A stretch of 59,934 nucleotides of DNA. Origin: Phycisphaerales bacterium (GTDB lineage: Bacteria > Planctomycetota > Phycisphaerae > Phycisphaerales > UBA1924). Location of the stretch: contig JAJDCZ010000012.1 of assembly GCA_029260555.1 (NCBI GenBank), positions 1-59,934 of the forward strand, written 5' to 3'. Below the pieces are notes generated by a model. It was not told where the DNA came from, did no database searches, and was given only the letters and a program-made list of their open reading frames with translations. Of the stretch, positions 19,300-30,051 are shown in pieces; the stretch's first letter is position 1, and every line of letters starts with the position of its first letter. A program made the position numbers and the translations under genes.

Positions 19300-20172
19300 T
19301 CACTCGCCGGGAATATATGAAATCGCCCCTTCAAACGGGCTTGATGCTGTGGCATAGCGCTTCTTTGCAATGCGCCCAGCCAGATAGCTCTGGCGACCTG
19401 CAAGGCATGCATTGCGCATCGCCATCGCCATCAGAACCGGGTCATTTGCATGCGCTACTGCGGTATTGAGCAGTACCCCGTCTGCACCCAGTTCCATCGC
19501 CACCGCAACATCAGAAGCTGCACCAACACCCGCATCGACAATCACCGGATAATCCGGATCGCCATCTTTGAGCCTTTCCAGACACAGCACGATGTTGTTG
19601 GCATTAAGGACACCCTGCCCCGAACCAATCGGCGACCCCGCGGGCATCACACACAGTGCCCCTACATCTTTGATTCGCCCAGCCATGATCGGATCGTCAC
19701 TTGTGTAACACATCACCTCAAAGCCATCTGCGACCAGTTCGCGACACGCTTCAAGCGTCCCCACCGGATCAGGAAGCAGCGTCTTGCGATCGCCCAGCAC
19801 TTCAAGCTTCACCCATCCCGCACCCGCATTGCCCAGCTGCTCAAGAAGCTCACGCCCCAGCCTTGCCACCCGCACCGCGTCAGACGCTTCAAAGCAGCCA
19901 GCGGTGTTTGGCAAAATCGTGTATCGATCAAGATCGATAAAATCCAGCAGACTCTGCCCCTGCTCGTTGTAGAGCCTTTCACGGCGAACCGCCACCGTCA
20001 CCACTTCGGTCTGGCAGACATCAAGAGCCTGCTGCATCTTCGCAAAATCAGCATACTTGCCGGTACCCAGGATCAACCTGCTTGTAAGCTTGCGCTGACC
20101 AAGAACCAAATCCCCTACCCCATCCCCCCCACTCACTCCATGACCCGCTCTTGGTTTGATCTCGATCGTCAT
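19300..20172 (-). CDS. thiG: Thiazole synthase ThiG
   Basis: [46 protein letters not shown] motifs. Start at ATG 20172 (MTIEIKP), 22 nt after the thiS stop. Confidence 0.85.
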   Translation of the reverse strand: MTIEIKPRAGHGVSGGDGVGDLVLGQRKLTSRLILGTGKYADFAKMQQALDVCQTEVVTVAVRRERLYNEQGQSLLDFIDLDRYTILPNTAGCFEASDAVRVARLGRELLEQLGNAGAGWVKLEVLGDRKTLLPDPVGTLEACRELVADGFEVMCYTSDDPIMAGRIKDVGALCVMPAGSPIGSGQGVLNANNIVLCLERLKDGDPDYPVIVDAGVGAASDVAVAMELGADGVLLNTAVAHANDPVLMAMAMRNACLAGRQSYLAGRIAKKRYATASSPFEGAISYIPGE

Positions 20173-20194
20173 CTCGCATCTCCAGTTTATTGAT

Positions 20195-20395
20195 TTATCC
20201 ACCACCGACCAGCGTGACCAACTCTACGCGGTCCCCCTCGGACAGGGTGTGCGATTCATGCTTTGCTTTGGGTATGAGCTTTGTGTTGACCTCCGCAGCA
20301 CACGCTTTTCCGCTCAGACCCAGCTGAATGATGAGCTGGGCAACGGTCGTTTCCTCGGGTATAGTCTGCTCTTTGTCATTGATCTTTATTCGCAT
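20195..20395 (-). CDS. thiS: Sulfur-carrier protein ThiS
   Basis: 66 aa beta-grasp protein ending in ...[10 protein letters not shown] (C-terminal Gly-Gly), immediately upstream of thiG. Confidence 0.8.
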   Translation of the reverse strand: MRIKINDKEQTIPEETTVAQLIIQLGLSGKACAAEVNTKLIPKAKHESHTLSEGDRVELVTLVGGG

Positions 20396-20686
20396 CCCCC
20401 AAGTCTAGGGCTTGTTTGGTGAATCAACGAGCCTTGATCCTGGGGGGTTTTGAAGATGGACTCAAATTGTAGACAAGACGCTCTATTTGCAGCCATAAAC
20501 CGCCAAAGCCGCTTTGCCGCATTTGACCGCACCAAAACAACTTCCCAGCCCGTGTAGCCCTCACATAAAAGTTTGAATTCTTAACCAATTGCATGCTTTC
20601 AGATCATACTGGCCTGAAGGTTCGCCGAAACTCTACACATAGGCAAATCACAGTTTTTAGAACTTTTATGAGATGAGGACAAAACC

Positions 20687-21112
20687 ATGAGCACCGATAT
20701 TGTTACCCCAATTCGCCAGAGCTTTACACTGATCGAACCCAATGCTGAGCAGTTGGTAAACAGGTTCTACAATCGTTTGTTCTCGGACAATCCTGGCCTG
20801 CGCCCCATGTTCCCCAAGGACATGGCTGAGCAGAAAAAAATGCTGCTCGGCGCGATTGCTCTGGTCGTGAGTAACATCGACAACTTCGACCGGATCGAAG
20901 GTGCTCTGGAAACCATGGGTGCCCGCCATGTCAGTTATGGAGCACAGGAAGCTCATTACCCAGTCGTTCGCGATACGCTCCTTGCTGCGATGCAGGACAT
21001 CGCAGGCGAGGCATGGAATCAAACCTTCCATGATGCATGGGAAGCGGGTCTGAATGTCGTTGCTGAAGTCATGATTCGCGGTGCGCGAACTGGCCAGACC
21101 AAGGCTGCCTGA
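20687..21112 (+). CDS. Single-domain bacterial globin (Vitreoscilla-haemoglobin-like)
   Basis: 141 aa. RFYNRLFSDNPGLRPMF, proximal-His region RHVSYGAQEAHYPVVRDTLLAAMQD. Aligns with Vitreoscilla Hb FYKNLFAKHPEVRPLF ... AAAHYPIVGQELLGAI. Confidence 0.75.
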   Translation: MSTDIVTPIRQSFTLIEPNAEQLVNRFYNRLFSDNPGLRPMFPKDMAEQKKMLLGAIALVVSNIDNFDRIEGALETMGARHVSYGAQEAHYPVVRDTLLAAMQDIAGEAWNQTFHDAWEAGLNVVAEVMIRGARTGQTKAA

Positions 21113-21208
21113 TTCAATACGATCAGTATTGATCAGCACAAGATAAGTTCCCAGTGAGTTTTTCATGGTCTGCTTCTGATTGAGGCTGATCGCTGACAGT
21201 TTTTGCTG

Positions 21209-24200
21209 TCAATCGTGCTGCGGAGAACACGATGCGATCAGCTCAATTGGATGCAGTGCTTTTACACCTGTCGCATCAGTTATCTGATGCCGACACGATG
21301 TTCCCCCTGCCACCACGATTGCACCATCTGACGCCTTGATCGCAGGCACCAGGCGATCCTGAGCAATCCGCATCGAAAGCTCATAGCGGTGGCGAGCCAT
21401 GCCAAACGCACCTGCCATCCCACAGCATCCAAGATCCGGGCATTGCACTTTCCCCGGAAAGAATCTGTCCAGCAGTTTCAGTGCCGAATCTGATCCCCAT
21501 AACGCCCGTTCGTGACAATGGGTATGGACCAGAATACTTTGCGTTTGGGGTGCTGACATACTGGGCTTGCATGGATGTGAGTCCCATCTATTTTCGATGA
21601 AATCTTCGATTGAAGACACGCTGGCTGCAAGCTGTGCTCGCTCCTGGCGGCCCTGGGTCAGTCTGAGCTGTTGAAGATCATCCACCATCACAGACAAACA
21701 CGAAGGCTCGAGCACAACAATGCCTGCGACTCGATCAGATCGAACCCAAGGCATGAGCGTTTCGATGAGCCTCTCGCCCTGGGCGATCGCCTGCTCCAGC
21801 ATGCCCATTGAAATCGCAGGCCTGCCACAGCATCCTGAACGGATTAGCACCGCTTCGTACCCCAGCGACGACAATACATCCCTGGCTGCGTTCACAATTG
21901 AAGTTTCTTGTAAGCCTGTGAAACAATCACGGAAGATTCCCACGATTGGCCGGCTGCACGAAGGGGGCTTGTCATGGGCACGAACACTCACTCGCTCTTT
22001 TGAATACTTGGGCAAGCTGCGCTCTGGTGCAATGCCTAGTACGCGGTTAATAACGACACGGGTCAGCTTTGACGAACCCACCGAGTTTGCAAGGCCAGGC
22101 ATCATCGAACCAACGCGATTGATCAATCGCACTTGAGCCATGATCTGCGATCGCATGTCGGGGCTGCCGATGTGTGCGAACCGCTGGGCCTGGTACTCTG
22201 CTTTGAGTCTGGCTACATCAACATTGCTTGGGCATTCGCTTTTGCACGCTTTGCAAGACAGGCACAGATCCAGCGTCTGCATTGTTTGGGGATCATCGAA
22301 TCGAGGCTCGTCCAGTTGGCCACTGATTGCCAGTCGAAGTGCATTGCCTCGCCCTCGCGTGGAGTGTCTTTCGTCCAGCGTTGCTCGATATGACGGGCAC
22401 ATGGTGCCTCCCGCAGTTTTCCGACACACACCAGCCCCATTGCACATCTGGACTGCAGAAGCGAATGAGCCTTGATCTTCATACTCGAAGTATGTGCGCA
22501 CATTTGGTGTGCTCACTTGATGTTCCACGGGAAACACACGCAGCTGTTGTGTGATCGAAGCAACCGGGCCGGGTTGAATGATGTTGCCCAGATTGAGAAG
22601 ATTCTTTGGATCAAAGAAGGTTTTGATTTTTGTGAAGGCAGCCATCAGTTCAGAGCCATAGAAACGATTGAGTAGAGGCCCGCGTGCCTTGCCATCGCCA
22701 TGCTCGCCTGACATGACGCCTCCGAGTTCGCTTGCAAGGTCCGCAGTTTGTTGCGCGATACGGAGCATTTTTTTGCGATCTTGTGCATCCTCCAGGTCGA
22801 TCAAGGGTCGAACATGCAACACACCGACCGAAGCGTGAGCAAAGAACGCCGCGTTGGTGTCTTCATTGTGCAGAATTACCTTGAAACGCTGAACAAACTC
22901 GCTCAATCTGTGAACTGGTACGGCGTTGTCTTCAACGAAAGTTGTTGGTTTTCGCCTGCCTGGTGTGCCATGAAGCAAAGGCTCTGCAGCTTTGCGTAAA
23001 GACCATGCCTGAGCCATCTCAGTTGCGTTGGTCAATACGACCATTGATGAGCCGCGGGCCAGTTTTTGCAGGCTCTCGATGGCGTGATCGAGTTGGTTCT
23101 GGGAATCATCAGCTTGATGCTCGACAAACAGGACGGCAGGAGCATCGCAGCCATTGACCTTTGGCATTGCATCAACAAAGGCTGCACAGGCGCGGTTGGC
23201 TCTTGCCAGAGACAGCACGCGATCGTCCAGCAGTTCCACAGCACTCGGTTTTGTTTCCAATATCGGCTCAACGGCCTCGATGGCAGCTTCGAGTGAGTGA
23301 TAGCTGATCAAGGTAAGGCTCTTGTGTTGAGGCACCGGATGCAGATGCAGGTTTGCACCAAGTATCATGGCCAGTGTGCCTTCTGAGCCACACATCAAAG
23401 GCGTCAGATTGAGTCTGTGCTGAGCCTCAGCGCCCAGTGATTCAATCTGATCGAGCATCAGATCCAGGTTATACCCGGCATTTCGCCGTACTGTTTGGGG
23501 ATATTTTTCTCGAATCTGCACAGCATGGTGCAACACGATTTGACACACACCCTTGCGAAGAGCTGTCAGCTGCGCATCATCGCTCAACACGGAATCCAAA
23601 CCAACACGATGCCCATTGGCCAAGCAAACATCAAGCGAATGTACATTTTCACTTGTTCTGCCATAGCGGATCGACCTTGCGCCAGCAGCGTTGTTTCCGA
23701 TGCACCCGCCAATGGTCGCCTGGGCACTGGTGGCAGGATCTGGTGCGAAGTAGAGATCGTGCTTGCACAGAGCTGCATTGAGGGCATCAATCGTTATCCC
23801 AGGCTCGACACTGCAGCGTTTGTTTTGTGCATCCACATGCAATAGGCTGCAACAATGAGCACTGGTGTCAATCACAACGGCCTGATTGGTGCATTGACCT
23901 GCCAGACTGGTTCCGCCGCCGCGTGGCAGTACCGCCAGACCATGCTCAGCGCAGAGTTTCAAGGCTCGATGGGCATCCTCAACCGTATTGGGGATGACCA
24001 CGCACAATGGCTCGACCTGGTAGATCGACGCATCTGTCGCGTACAACATGCGATCATGGCGACCTGCTCGGACCTGATCAGGCAGGATTGCATGGAAATG
24101 GCGGATGATTTTTTCATCCAGCGTGCTCGACTGAGCAGATTTCTGGTGAGCACGAGACGAATCCATGCCAGAGCGTATCCAGATGGGTGTAAACATGCTG

Positions 24201-24217
24201 TCTGAAGTAACGGACAT
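21209..24217 (-). CDS. Fused FAD-linked oxidase plus Fe-S/CCG-domain oxidoreductase (GlcD-GlcF-like fusion, YdiJ-like; possible D-2-hydroxyacid dehydrogenase)
   Basis: 1002 aa. N-terminal FAD-binding PCMH domain (VLPRGGGTSLAGQ), central FAD-oxidase C-terminal domain, then 4Fe-4S motif CLSCKACKSECP and two CCG cysteine-rich domains (...GCCG..., CCGMAGAFG). Confidence 0.8.
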   Translation of the reverse strand: MSVTSDSMFTPIWIRSGMDSSRAHQKSAQSSTLDEKIIRHFHAILPDQVRAGRHDRMLYATDASIYQVEPLCVVIPNTVEDAHRALKLCAEHGLAVLPRGGGTSLAGQCTNQAVVIDTSAHCCSLLHVDAQNKRCSVEPGITIDALNAALCKHDLYFAPDPATSAQATIGGCIGNNAAGARSIRYGRTSENVHSLDVCLANGHRVGLDSVLSDDAQLTALRKGVCQIVLHHAVQIREKYPQTVRRNAGYNLDLMLDQIESLGAEAQHRLNLTPLMCGSEGTLAMILGANLHLHPVPQHKSLTLISYHSLEAAIEAVEPILETKPSAVELLDDRVLSLARANRACAAFVDAMPKVNGCDAPAVLFVEHQADDSQNQLDHAIESLQKLARGSSMVVLTNATEMAQAWSLRKAAEPLLHGTPGRRKPTTFVEDNAVPVHRLSEFVQRFKVILHNEDTNAAFFAHASVGVLHVRPLIDLEDAQDRKKMLRIAQQTADLASELGGVMSGEHGDGKARGPLLNRFYGSELMAAFTKIKTFFDPKNLLNLGNIIQPGPVASITQQLRVFPVEHQVSTPNVRTYFEYEDQGSFASAVQMCNGAGVCRKTAGGTMCPSYRATLDERHSTRGRGNALRLAISGQLDEPRFDDPQTMQTLDLCLSCKACKSECPSNVDVARLKAEYQAQRFAHIGSPDMRSQIMAQVRLINRVGSMMPGLANSVGSSKLTRVVINRVLGIAPERSLPKYSKERVSVRAHDKPPSCSRPIVGIFRDCFTGLQETSIVNAARDVLSSLGYEAVLIRSGCCGRPAISMGMLEQAIAQGERLIETLMPWVRSDRVAGIVVLEPSCLSVMVDDLQQLRLTQGRQERAQLAASVSSIEDFIENRWDSHPCKPSMSAPQTQSILVHTHCHERALWGSDSALKLLDRFFPGKVQCPDLGCCGMAGAFGMARHRYELSMRIAQDRLVPAIKASDGAIVVAGGTSCRHQITDATGVKALHPIELIASCSPQHD

Positions 24218-24362
24218 CAGGGTATTTTGTAATGTGAATGAATAATCAAGCGGTGCATGGGGTTAATCTGATGTATTATTGAAATGGTTGGGATGCAGCA
24301 GGTGAAACCTTGCGGGCCAAGTGCTGCTCCAGCGACCGATTCTGACTTGTGGAGATCAATAG

Positions 24363-25403
24363 ATGGCATGCACTTATCGTGAAGAATTGGCGATCAGGCG
24401 AAGGGCTTTTACGCTGATCGAGTTGCTGGTGGTTATTGCGATCATTGCGCTGCTTATAGGAATCTTGCTGCCGGCGCTGGGCGAAGCCAGACGATCGGCA
24501 CGGATGACGGTGGACATCAACAGCCTCAAGCAGTTTGGTGTGGCAACAGGTACATACTCAGCTGACTTTGAGGACAAGATCTGGTCGTTTACATGGAAAG
24601 GTTCAGACTCCCTGAGCACCTGGTCAGAACTCAACAGTCCTGGGAGTGACATTCAGGCCGCTGCGAATCAGGCTGTGGATATTCTTCGCAGGCGGGCCGA
24701 TCGCGAGGACATGCCCAAAATGACCTCATGGATTCCGCATGTGGCGTATGGGCATCTGGTTCTCAACGATTATCTGGCTCAGAGGCTGCCTGAGAAGATG
24801 GTGGTCAGCGTGGGTGATCGAAACCGCCTGAACTGGCAGATTGATCCTCAGAACAACTTTGATCAGGGTGCCTGGTTGCCGATGCAGCCCAATCCGACGC
24901 CACGGACCAAGCGTTGGCCTTACAGCTCGAGCTTTCAGCAGGTTCCTGCATCATACTCGCCGGACTTTGCTCCCACGGTTTCGCAGGCGAACTGGCATGG
25001 TGTGTACTTTGTACCTACTGGTTCCAAGCTGGGACGCAGGCATCTCACTGATGTTGCATATCCATCCAACAAGGTTTTCATGCACGACACTGCTCAGCGG
25101 CATTTTTCCAAAACGGTTATCTATTTTGCTTATGATGTCGCCCGCGTGCCTCTGCTCTTGTTTGATTCGTCGGTATCCGTGCGAGTGACGAGTGATTCAA
25201 ATCCCGGCTTTAACCCACGGTTTCCAACTGAAACATCGGCCACTCGATTCCTGTATCGCCCAGGCAACTGGGAAGCACCCCCACTATTCGGTGCCGTGGG
25301 AAACGGTGTCGGGGATGTCGTAACGGGATATTACCGATGGTCACGAGGCGGCCTTCAAGCGGTAGACTACGGCGGCAAAGAGATCAACACTGGTCAGTAT
25401 TGA
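24363..25403 (+). CDS. DUF1559 / prepilin-type N-terminal cleavage-methylation domain protein
   Basis: [37 protein letters not shown]-terminus. Paralogue of 18240..19178. Confidence 0.75.
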   Translation: MACTYREELAIRRRAFTLIELLVVIAIIALLIGILLPALGEARRSARMTVDINSLKQFGVATGTYSADFEDKIWSFTWKGSDSLSTWSELNSPGSDIQAAANQAVDILRRRADREDMPKMTSWIPHVAYGHLVLNDYLAQRLPEKMVVSVGDRNRLNWQIDPQNNFDQGAWLPMQPNPTPRTKRWPYSSSFQQVPASYSPDFAPTVSQANWHGVYFVPTGSKLGRRHLTDVAYPSNKVFMHDTAQRHFSKTVIYFAYDVARVPLLLFDSSVSVRVTSDSNPGFNPRFPTETSATRFLYRPGNWEAPPLFGAVGNGVGDVVTGYYRWSRGGLQAVDYGGKEINTGQY

Positions 25404-25412
25404 GCAATGCTA

Positions 25413-27050
25413 TTAGACACGAATGCGTGTCCAGCCACCTTGCATCATGCGTATGGAAAAGAGCACGCATCGGATGACCAACTCGCCACACAGGGCGATC
25501 CAGAGCCAGGTCAGTGAGCCTTGGAACCCAAAGGGATTTTCCAGCAGAACACGGCGGATCTCATGGCCATCCACGATGCTTGTGGTGGTGATGTCTACAC
25601 CGCTGAGGATGTAGGCAGCGGGCAGGCGGATGGCATAGGTCACGATCCATGTCAGGATCATGACGACGCGGACATCACCCGCTCCACGAAGCGCACCTCT
25701 GAATACGATGGCAAAAGCGAAGGGGATCTGCACATATCCACACACGCGGATGAGTGAAGGTGCCAGTTCAAGATGGGTGGGCTGACTGGTAATCAAGCCG
25801 ACGATTTGCTCCGGGATGAGTACAAAGGCCAAGCCCATGAGCCCCATGACAAAGGCGGCGATGGCTGCACAGCGGATTACAGCTTTTCTTGCCATATGCG
25901 GCTTTTTTGCTCCGAGATATTGACCAGCCAGTGTTGCAGCTGCCGACCCCATGGCAAAGCCGGGCAGGAAGCTCATTGCTTCGATACGGATGGCAACAAT
26001 GTGTGCCCCGAGCAGACCTGAGGAACCGAGCAAGCCGACCATGAGCAGGATCAAGAAGTTGCCGATCCACAGGCCGAAGGTTTCAAGAAAATTGGGCAAA
26101 CCAATCTTGATGAGCCTTCGTGTGGTGTGCCAGTGTGGTTTGAGTCGGCGTCTTTTGAGCTTCATGCCACTGAATCCATACATGAGCAGCGCGAGCATGA
26201 GGGCTGCACCGACAGCGTGGCCGATGAGTGTGCCGAGTGCGATGCCCGGTACACCCAGATCAAGCGACAGGGGGTTGTGAAGGAGGATTCGAGTATGTGA
26301 GATGCCCTGACTGACGGTGGTTGTGGTCAGATCCACGCCACTGAGCAGGAAGCTTGTCAGCATGTTCACAATATTGACTACAGCCATCACGCCCAGAGGT
26401 TTGAGCGATTCGCCTACGCCTCTGGAGCAGGCGATGCCACCGAAAAGGATCGAAGTGAAAGGCACGCCCGCAGCGACAATTCGCATGTAGATAATGAACG
26501 ATTGTGAAGCCTGAGGCGACATGTTGAGAACGCGGGTTACGAATGGTGCGAGCACTGCGATGATGGCGCCCAGCACGATGCCCGAGAGGACTGCCAGCAG
26601 CATTGTTTGTCCAAGAACTGCATTGGCGACAGCCATGCGACCTGCGCCGGCTGATCTGCTGACCAGTGCTGTTGCGCCGACACCGATTGCCATGGTGACA
26701 AGCCCGATGAACCAGGTGATGTAGGAAGCGCCAGCGATGGCATCGGTGGCGTTTTCAGAGATCCCCGCTGCTAGCACGGTATCTGTCAAGCCTACGAATG
26801 AGTTGAGATAGCTTTCAATGAGAATGGGCCATGCAAGAACCCAGATGGCTTTGGTCATGGTCATGCCTGCCAGACGGCCAGAGCGAAGTGTGCCATCGAG
26901 ATCGACCTCTGGTACAACAGCCCGAGCTTGAGCGCCTTGTGAGTCAAGAGGCTCAAGAACCTCTGCATCGATTGGAGGCGGGTCTTGCTGAATGTAACGG
27001 CGTTTGGTCATAAAAGACAAAAAGATCCGTGGCAGAGTTGCGGCATCCAT
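25413..27050 (-). CDS. MATE-family multidrug/sodium efflux transporter with about 60-aa N-terminal cytoplasmic extension (start uncertain)
   Basis: 12 predicted TM helices. Conserved MATE N-terminus AIWVLAWPILIESYLNSFVGLTDTVLAAGI. Possible alternative starts at Met14 or Met63. Confidence 0.75.
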   Translation of the reverse strand: MDAATLPRIFLSFMTKRRYIQQDPPPIDAEVLEPLDSQGAQARAVVPEVDLDGTLRSGRLAGMTMTKAIWVLAWPILIESYLNSFVGLTDTVLAAGISENATDAIAGASYITWFIGLVTMAIGVGATALVSRSAGAGRMAVANAVLGQTMLLAVLSGIVLGAIIAVLAPFVTRVLNMSPQASQSFIIYMRIVAAGVPFTSILFGGIACSRGVGESLKPLGVMAVVNIVNMLTSFLLSGVDLTTTTVSQGISHTRILLHNPLSLDLGVPGIALGTLIGHAVGAALMLALLMYGFSGMKLKRRRLKPHWHTTRRLIKIGLPNFLETFGLWIGNFLILLMVGLLGSSGLLGAHIVAIRIEAMSFLPGFAMGSAAATLAGQYLGAKKPHMARKAVIRCAAIAAFVMGLMGLAFVLIPEQIVGLITSQPTHLELAPSLIRVCGYVQIPFAFAIVFRGALRGAGDVRVVMILTWIVTYAIRLPAAYILSGVDITTTSIVDGHEIRRVLLENPFGFQGSLTWLWIALCGELVIRCVLFSIRMMQGGWTRIRV

Positions 27051-27161
27051 TGCATGTGCAGGAGAGGGGTACGCATCTGACCGTGTGTTTATGAAAATGT
27101 GATTCTGAAGGAGAATCGTGTATGATCTGGATCAAAGTGTATGCATAGATTGGAGAGATCC

Positions 27162-27449
27162 ATGGCAGAGTTCATCATCTTCCTTGAACCGACTCGTCCA
27201 CAGATACCTGATGACCCTACACCTCGAGAGGCAGAGCTTGTTTGCCTCCACTTTGAGTACCTTGAGAAGCTCACTCAACAGGGCATTGTGAAACTGGCAG
27301 GTCGCTGCCTTAATGAACCACTTGGCCTGGTGATTTTAGAGGCGGATTCACTGGAAAAGGCACAGAAGATATTGCAGGAAGACCCTGCGGCTCGTGAAGG
27401 TATTTTTACAGGCAAAGTTCGGCCGTTCCGTATTGCACTGCATGGATGA
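27162..27449 (+). CDS. YciI-like protein (dimeric alpha/beta barrel)
   Basis: MAEFIIFLEP... about 95 aa with the YciI-family pattern (His/Asp pair context, EGIFTGKVRPF). Confidence 0.6.
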   Translation: MAEFIIFLEPTRPQIPDDPTPREAELVCLHFEYLEKLTQQGIVKLAGRCLNEPLGLVILEADSLEKAQKILQEDPAAREGIFTGKVRPFRIALHG

Positions 27450-27497
27450 ACACATCGTTGTATTCATCTCAAAGAGAAGAACTCAAGGAGCATATTC

Positions 27498-28088
27498 ATG
27501 GTCAGAATCATCATCGCAACGATCCTGGGAGCTGTTGTCTTGTTTTTCTGGGGGTTCATTGCCTGGACGGTGCTGCCGCTGCACAAGACGAGCGGATGGG
27601 CGCTGACTGACGATGGACCCGTCAGTGAAGCACTGAAACAGACTGCACTTGAGGATGGGGTGTATTACCTTCCGGGGATGAATATCGACCCGAGTGATAC
27701 TACAGAAGAAGGTCAAGCTGCAATGGAGGCGTGGGTTGAAAGGCACAAAGCCGGGCCGACGGGGTTTATTGTCTATCACGCCAATGGCAGAGAGCCGATG
27801 GATCCGATGGTTTTCCTCAAGGGGTTTGTCATCAATCTGGTATCAGTTTTTTTTGCGGCTGTGCTTTTGTCGTGGGCGAGGCTTGACCGTTTTGGGAAGC
27901 GAGTGCTGTTTGTTTTGATGCTTGGCTTGATGATGGGTGCGTATGTTGATCTTTCGTATTGGAACTATTTTTACTTTCCAGTGGATTTTACTGCTGCGAT
28001 GATTATTGACAAAATCGTGGCGTGGCTTGCAGTCGGCTTTGTGTTGGCGCTGGTGCTTCGGCCCATGAAGCCTGCGACAGAGGCGTAA
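27498..28088 (+). CDS. Integral membrane protein, unknown function
   Basis: N-terminal TM IIIATILGAVVLFFWGFIAWTVL. C-terminal TM pairs. No recognisable domain. Confidence 0.45.
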   Translation: MVRIIIATILGAVVLFFWGFIAWTVLPLHKTSGWALTDDGPVSEALKQTALEDGVYYLPGMNIDPSDTTEEGQAAMEAWVERHKAGPTGFIVYHANGREPMDPMVFLKGFVINLVSVFFAAVLLSWARLDRFGKRVLFVLMLGLMMGAYVDLSYWNYFYFPVDFTAAMIIDKIVAWLAVGFVLALVLRPMKPATEA

Positions 28089-28110
28089 AAAAAGCGGGCA
28101 CTTGCCCGCT
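28086..28110 (-). terminator. Rho-independent terminator for the flotillin-like gene (also lies 3' of the convergent membrane-protein gene)
   Basis: Perfect 8-bp stem AGCGGGCA-CT-TGCCCGCT at 28093..28110. On the minus strand it is followed by a U7 tract (A-run 28087..28093 on plus). Sits between convergent genes. Confidence 0.55.
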
Positions 28111-28146
28111 GATCGTGAGAATGGAATGTGATTGAGCGGGAGTCGA

Positions 28147-29733
28147 TTACTCCGGCTTCGTTTCGATCGGTTCTTTGGAAATCATGGAATCCAGCATGGT
28201 TCCGATGAGAGCTGTGGTCTGGGCATCAGAAGGGCTGTCACCTGCCTGAGCATTGCTGACCATAACGCGAGGTGTGATCTGGATGCCTTCGGTGCCGATG
28301 ATTTTGAGAAGTTCGATCAGGGCTGCGTTGCCAGGACCAATCTGCTGAGCGATGACCTTGAAGGCATCAGCCTGAGCTTTGGCGCGGATGGTGATGGCTT
28401 CGGCTTCAGCTTCAGCTGCGATGACTTTCTTGAGCTTGTCCTGCTCTGCGATTTTGACTTCGTATGAGGCTGTGGCCAGGCGTTTTTCTTCTTCGGCTTC
28501 CTGCTGGGTTTTAGAGAGTTCTTTCTGCTGTTCCATTGCCAATTGTTGCTGTTTGAAGGTTTTGACTTCTTCGGCGGCAATTTCACGGTCGGTCTGGGTT
28601 TTGAGCAGTTCGCCGAGGGTTTCTTCGTTACCAACATCACCAATGCGGACTGCGGTCACCGTTACACCGACTTTTTCCATCGCGACGGAGAGCATTTCCT
28701 GAGATTTTGTTTCCTGCTCTGAACGCTGCTGGACATAATCCATGGCACGAACTCGTTCGGCATTATTTCTGAAGATGGCTCTGACGGCCGAGTTGAGCCT
28801 TTCACCCAGTACATCGCCATCATCTCCGAAGTTGGCAACGACGAGAGCAGCCTTTGAAGGTTCGATTTCGTATTCGACGCGAACATCGACGGGGAAAGTG
28901 AACCCATCCATGGAACGAACTGTGATTTCGCGTTCTTCAGCTGAGGTCTGCGTGTTCTGGCTTTCAAGCCTGGTGTATCTGATTACGCGTTTGGCTGTGG
29001 AAATGGGTGTGACTTCATAGGCCTGGGTGTTCAGATAGTATTCCTGGGGGAGCAGGGGTGTAGACCAGATGCCTTTGTAGCCTCTATCAACGAGCGCTGT
29101 GCCGCCGGTGATGTTGATGTCGGGAGTTTGACCAACATTTGATTTAACGATGCCTACGGTTGCTTTTTCGATATTGGTGACCTGTGCCATTTCAACATTG
29201 AAGAGCTTGGGGTTGATGCGGTATTTACCGGGTGTGAGTACGGATGCCTGGGGCCCTTTGTAGCCGTTGCCTTGTGAGAGAAAGTAGTCTGCCTGGAGCA
29301 TTTTCTGGAAGACATCCTTGTCCCACTCGGGAGCGTAGATTGCATCTTTTGGCAGAGGTTTGCCATCAGAAGTTGTGAGCAGACCTACGAAGCCTTCTTT
29401 GATTTCGATGAGTGGGCGGATATCTACTTCGTAGATGACGGGCCAGAGCCATGGATGCCAACCGGGCGCCAGGATTTTGGCTTGAGGGCCTTTCTCGCCT
29501 TTGACTGCGAGAATCTGGCCGGGTGGCAATGAGCGGGTTCCAACATTTTTCACGATAACGCCCAGTTCGTTTTCACCAACATGGCGAAATGAACTGGCTG
29601 TGAACATAGCCGAAAAGACAATGGCAGCGAGCAGGACCAATCCGGCGCGAAGGCTGGTTTCTTTGACTTTGGGTATGAACGACAGAATCGAGATGGCAAG
29701 AACAAATCCAACGAGAATGAAAATCAGTGTCAT
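28147..29733 (-). CDS. SPFH/band-7 flotillin-like protein (YqiK/FloT-like)
   Basis: N-terminal TM, SPFH domain, long coiled-coil EA-repeat region (AEAEAEAITIRAKAQADAFKVIAQ). 528 aa as in FloT. Confidence 0.8.
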   Translation of the reverse strand: MTLIFILVGFVLAISILSFIPKVKETSLRAGLVLLAAIVFSAMFTASSFRHVGENELGVIVKNVGTRSLPPGQILAVKGEKGPQAKILAPGWHPWLWPVIYEVDIRPLIEIKEGFVGLLTTSDGKPLPKDAIYAPEWDKDVFQKMLQADYFLSQGNGYKGPQASVLTPGKYRINPKLFNVEMAQVTNIEKATVGIVKSNVGQTPDINITGGTALVDRGYKGIWSTPLLPQEYYLNTQAYEVTPISTAKRVIRYTRLESQNTQTSAEEREITVRSMDGFTFPVDVRVEYEIEPSKAALVVANFGDDGDVLGERLNSAVRAIFRNNAERVRAMDYVQQRSEQETKSQEMLSVAMEKVGVTVTAVRIGDVGNEETLGELLKTQTDREIAAEEVKTFKQQQLAMEQQKELSKTQQEAEEEKRLATASYEVKIAEQDKLKKVIAAEAEAEAITIRAKAQADAFKVIAQQIGPGNAALIELLKIIGTEGIQITPRVMVSNAQAGDSPSDAQTTALIGTMLDSMISKEPIETKPE

Positions 29734-30051
29734 GATGCACCTCCCACGACATTAGGGTTCGTCACATATCCATACTAAGCGTATGACCACGAGCCTGCAT
29801 TTCTGATTTGACAGTGGTCCATACTCAACGCAAAGAATCACGCTATGGGGCTGAATCGATCGACCTGGATCATCGCCCGGCGTTGAGGCTCATTGATTTG
29901 ATCGGAAAAAGCACCCGGATCTTTCATCAACTGCGATAAGTGCTCTTGCACGCTCAAGATGTGATACGATGCGTACAGCATCACGCAGGACCATCCCCGC
30001 TGGTTCTGCGGGAGCAAGGCTTGGGCTACGACACTTACTGGAGATGAATCA

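Noticed and set aside
19450-20193. 247-aa plus-strand ORF
   Set aside because: Antisense to thiG. His/Arg-rich low-complexity translation. Spurious.
20396-20686. Possible TPP riboswitch upstream of thiS
   Set aside because: I read the minus-strand leader for the THI-box cores (CUGAGA; ACCUGAUCUGGAUAAUGCCAGCG) and found no convincing match. It is left as an open question rather than annotated.
21194-21211. Hairpin TGACAG-TTTTTG-CTGTCA between the convergent globin and YdiJ-like genes
   Set aside because: A 6-bp stem overlapping the YdiJ-like stop codon, with no U-tract on either strand. Too weak to call a terminator.
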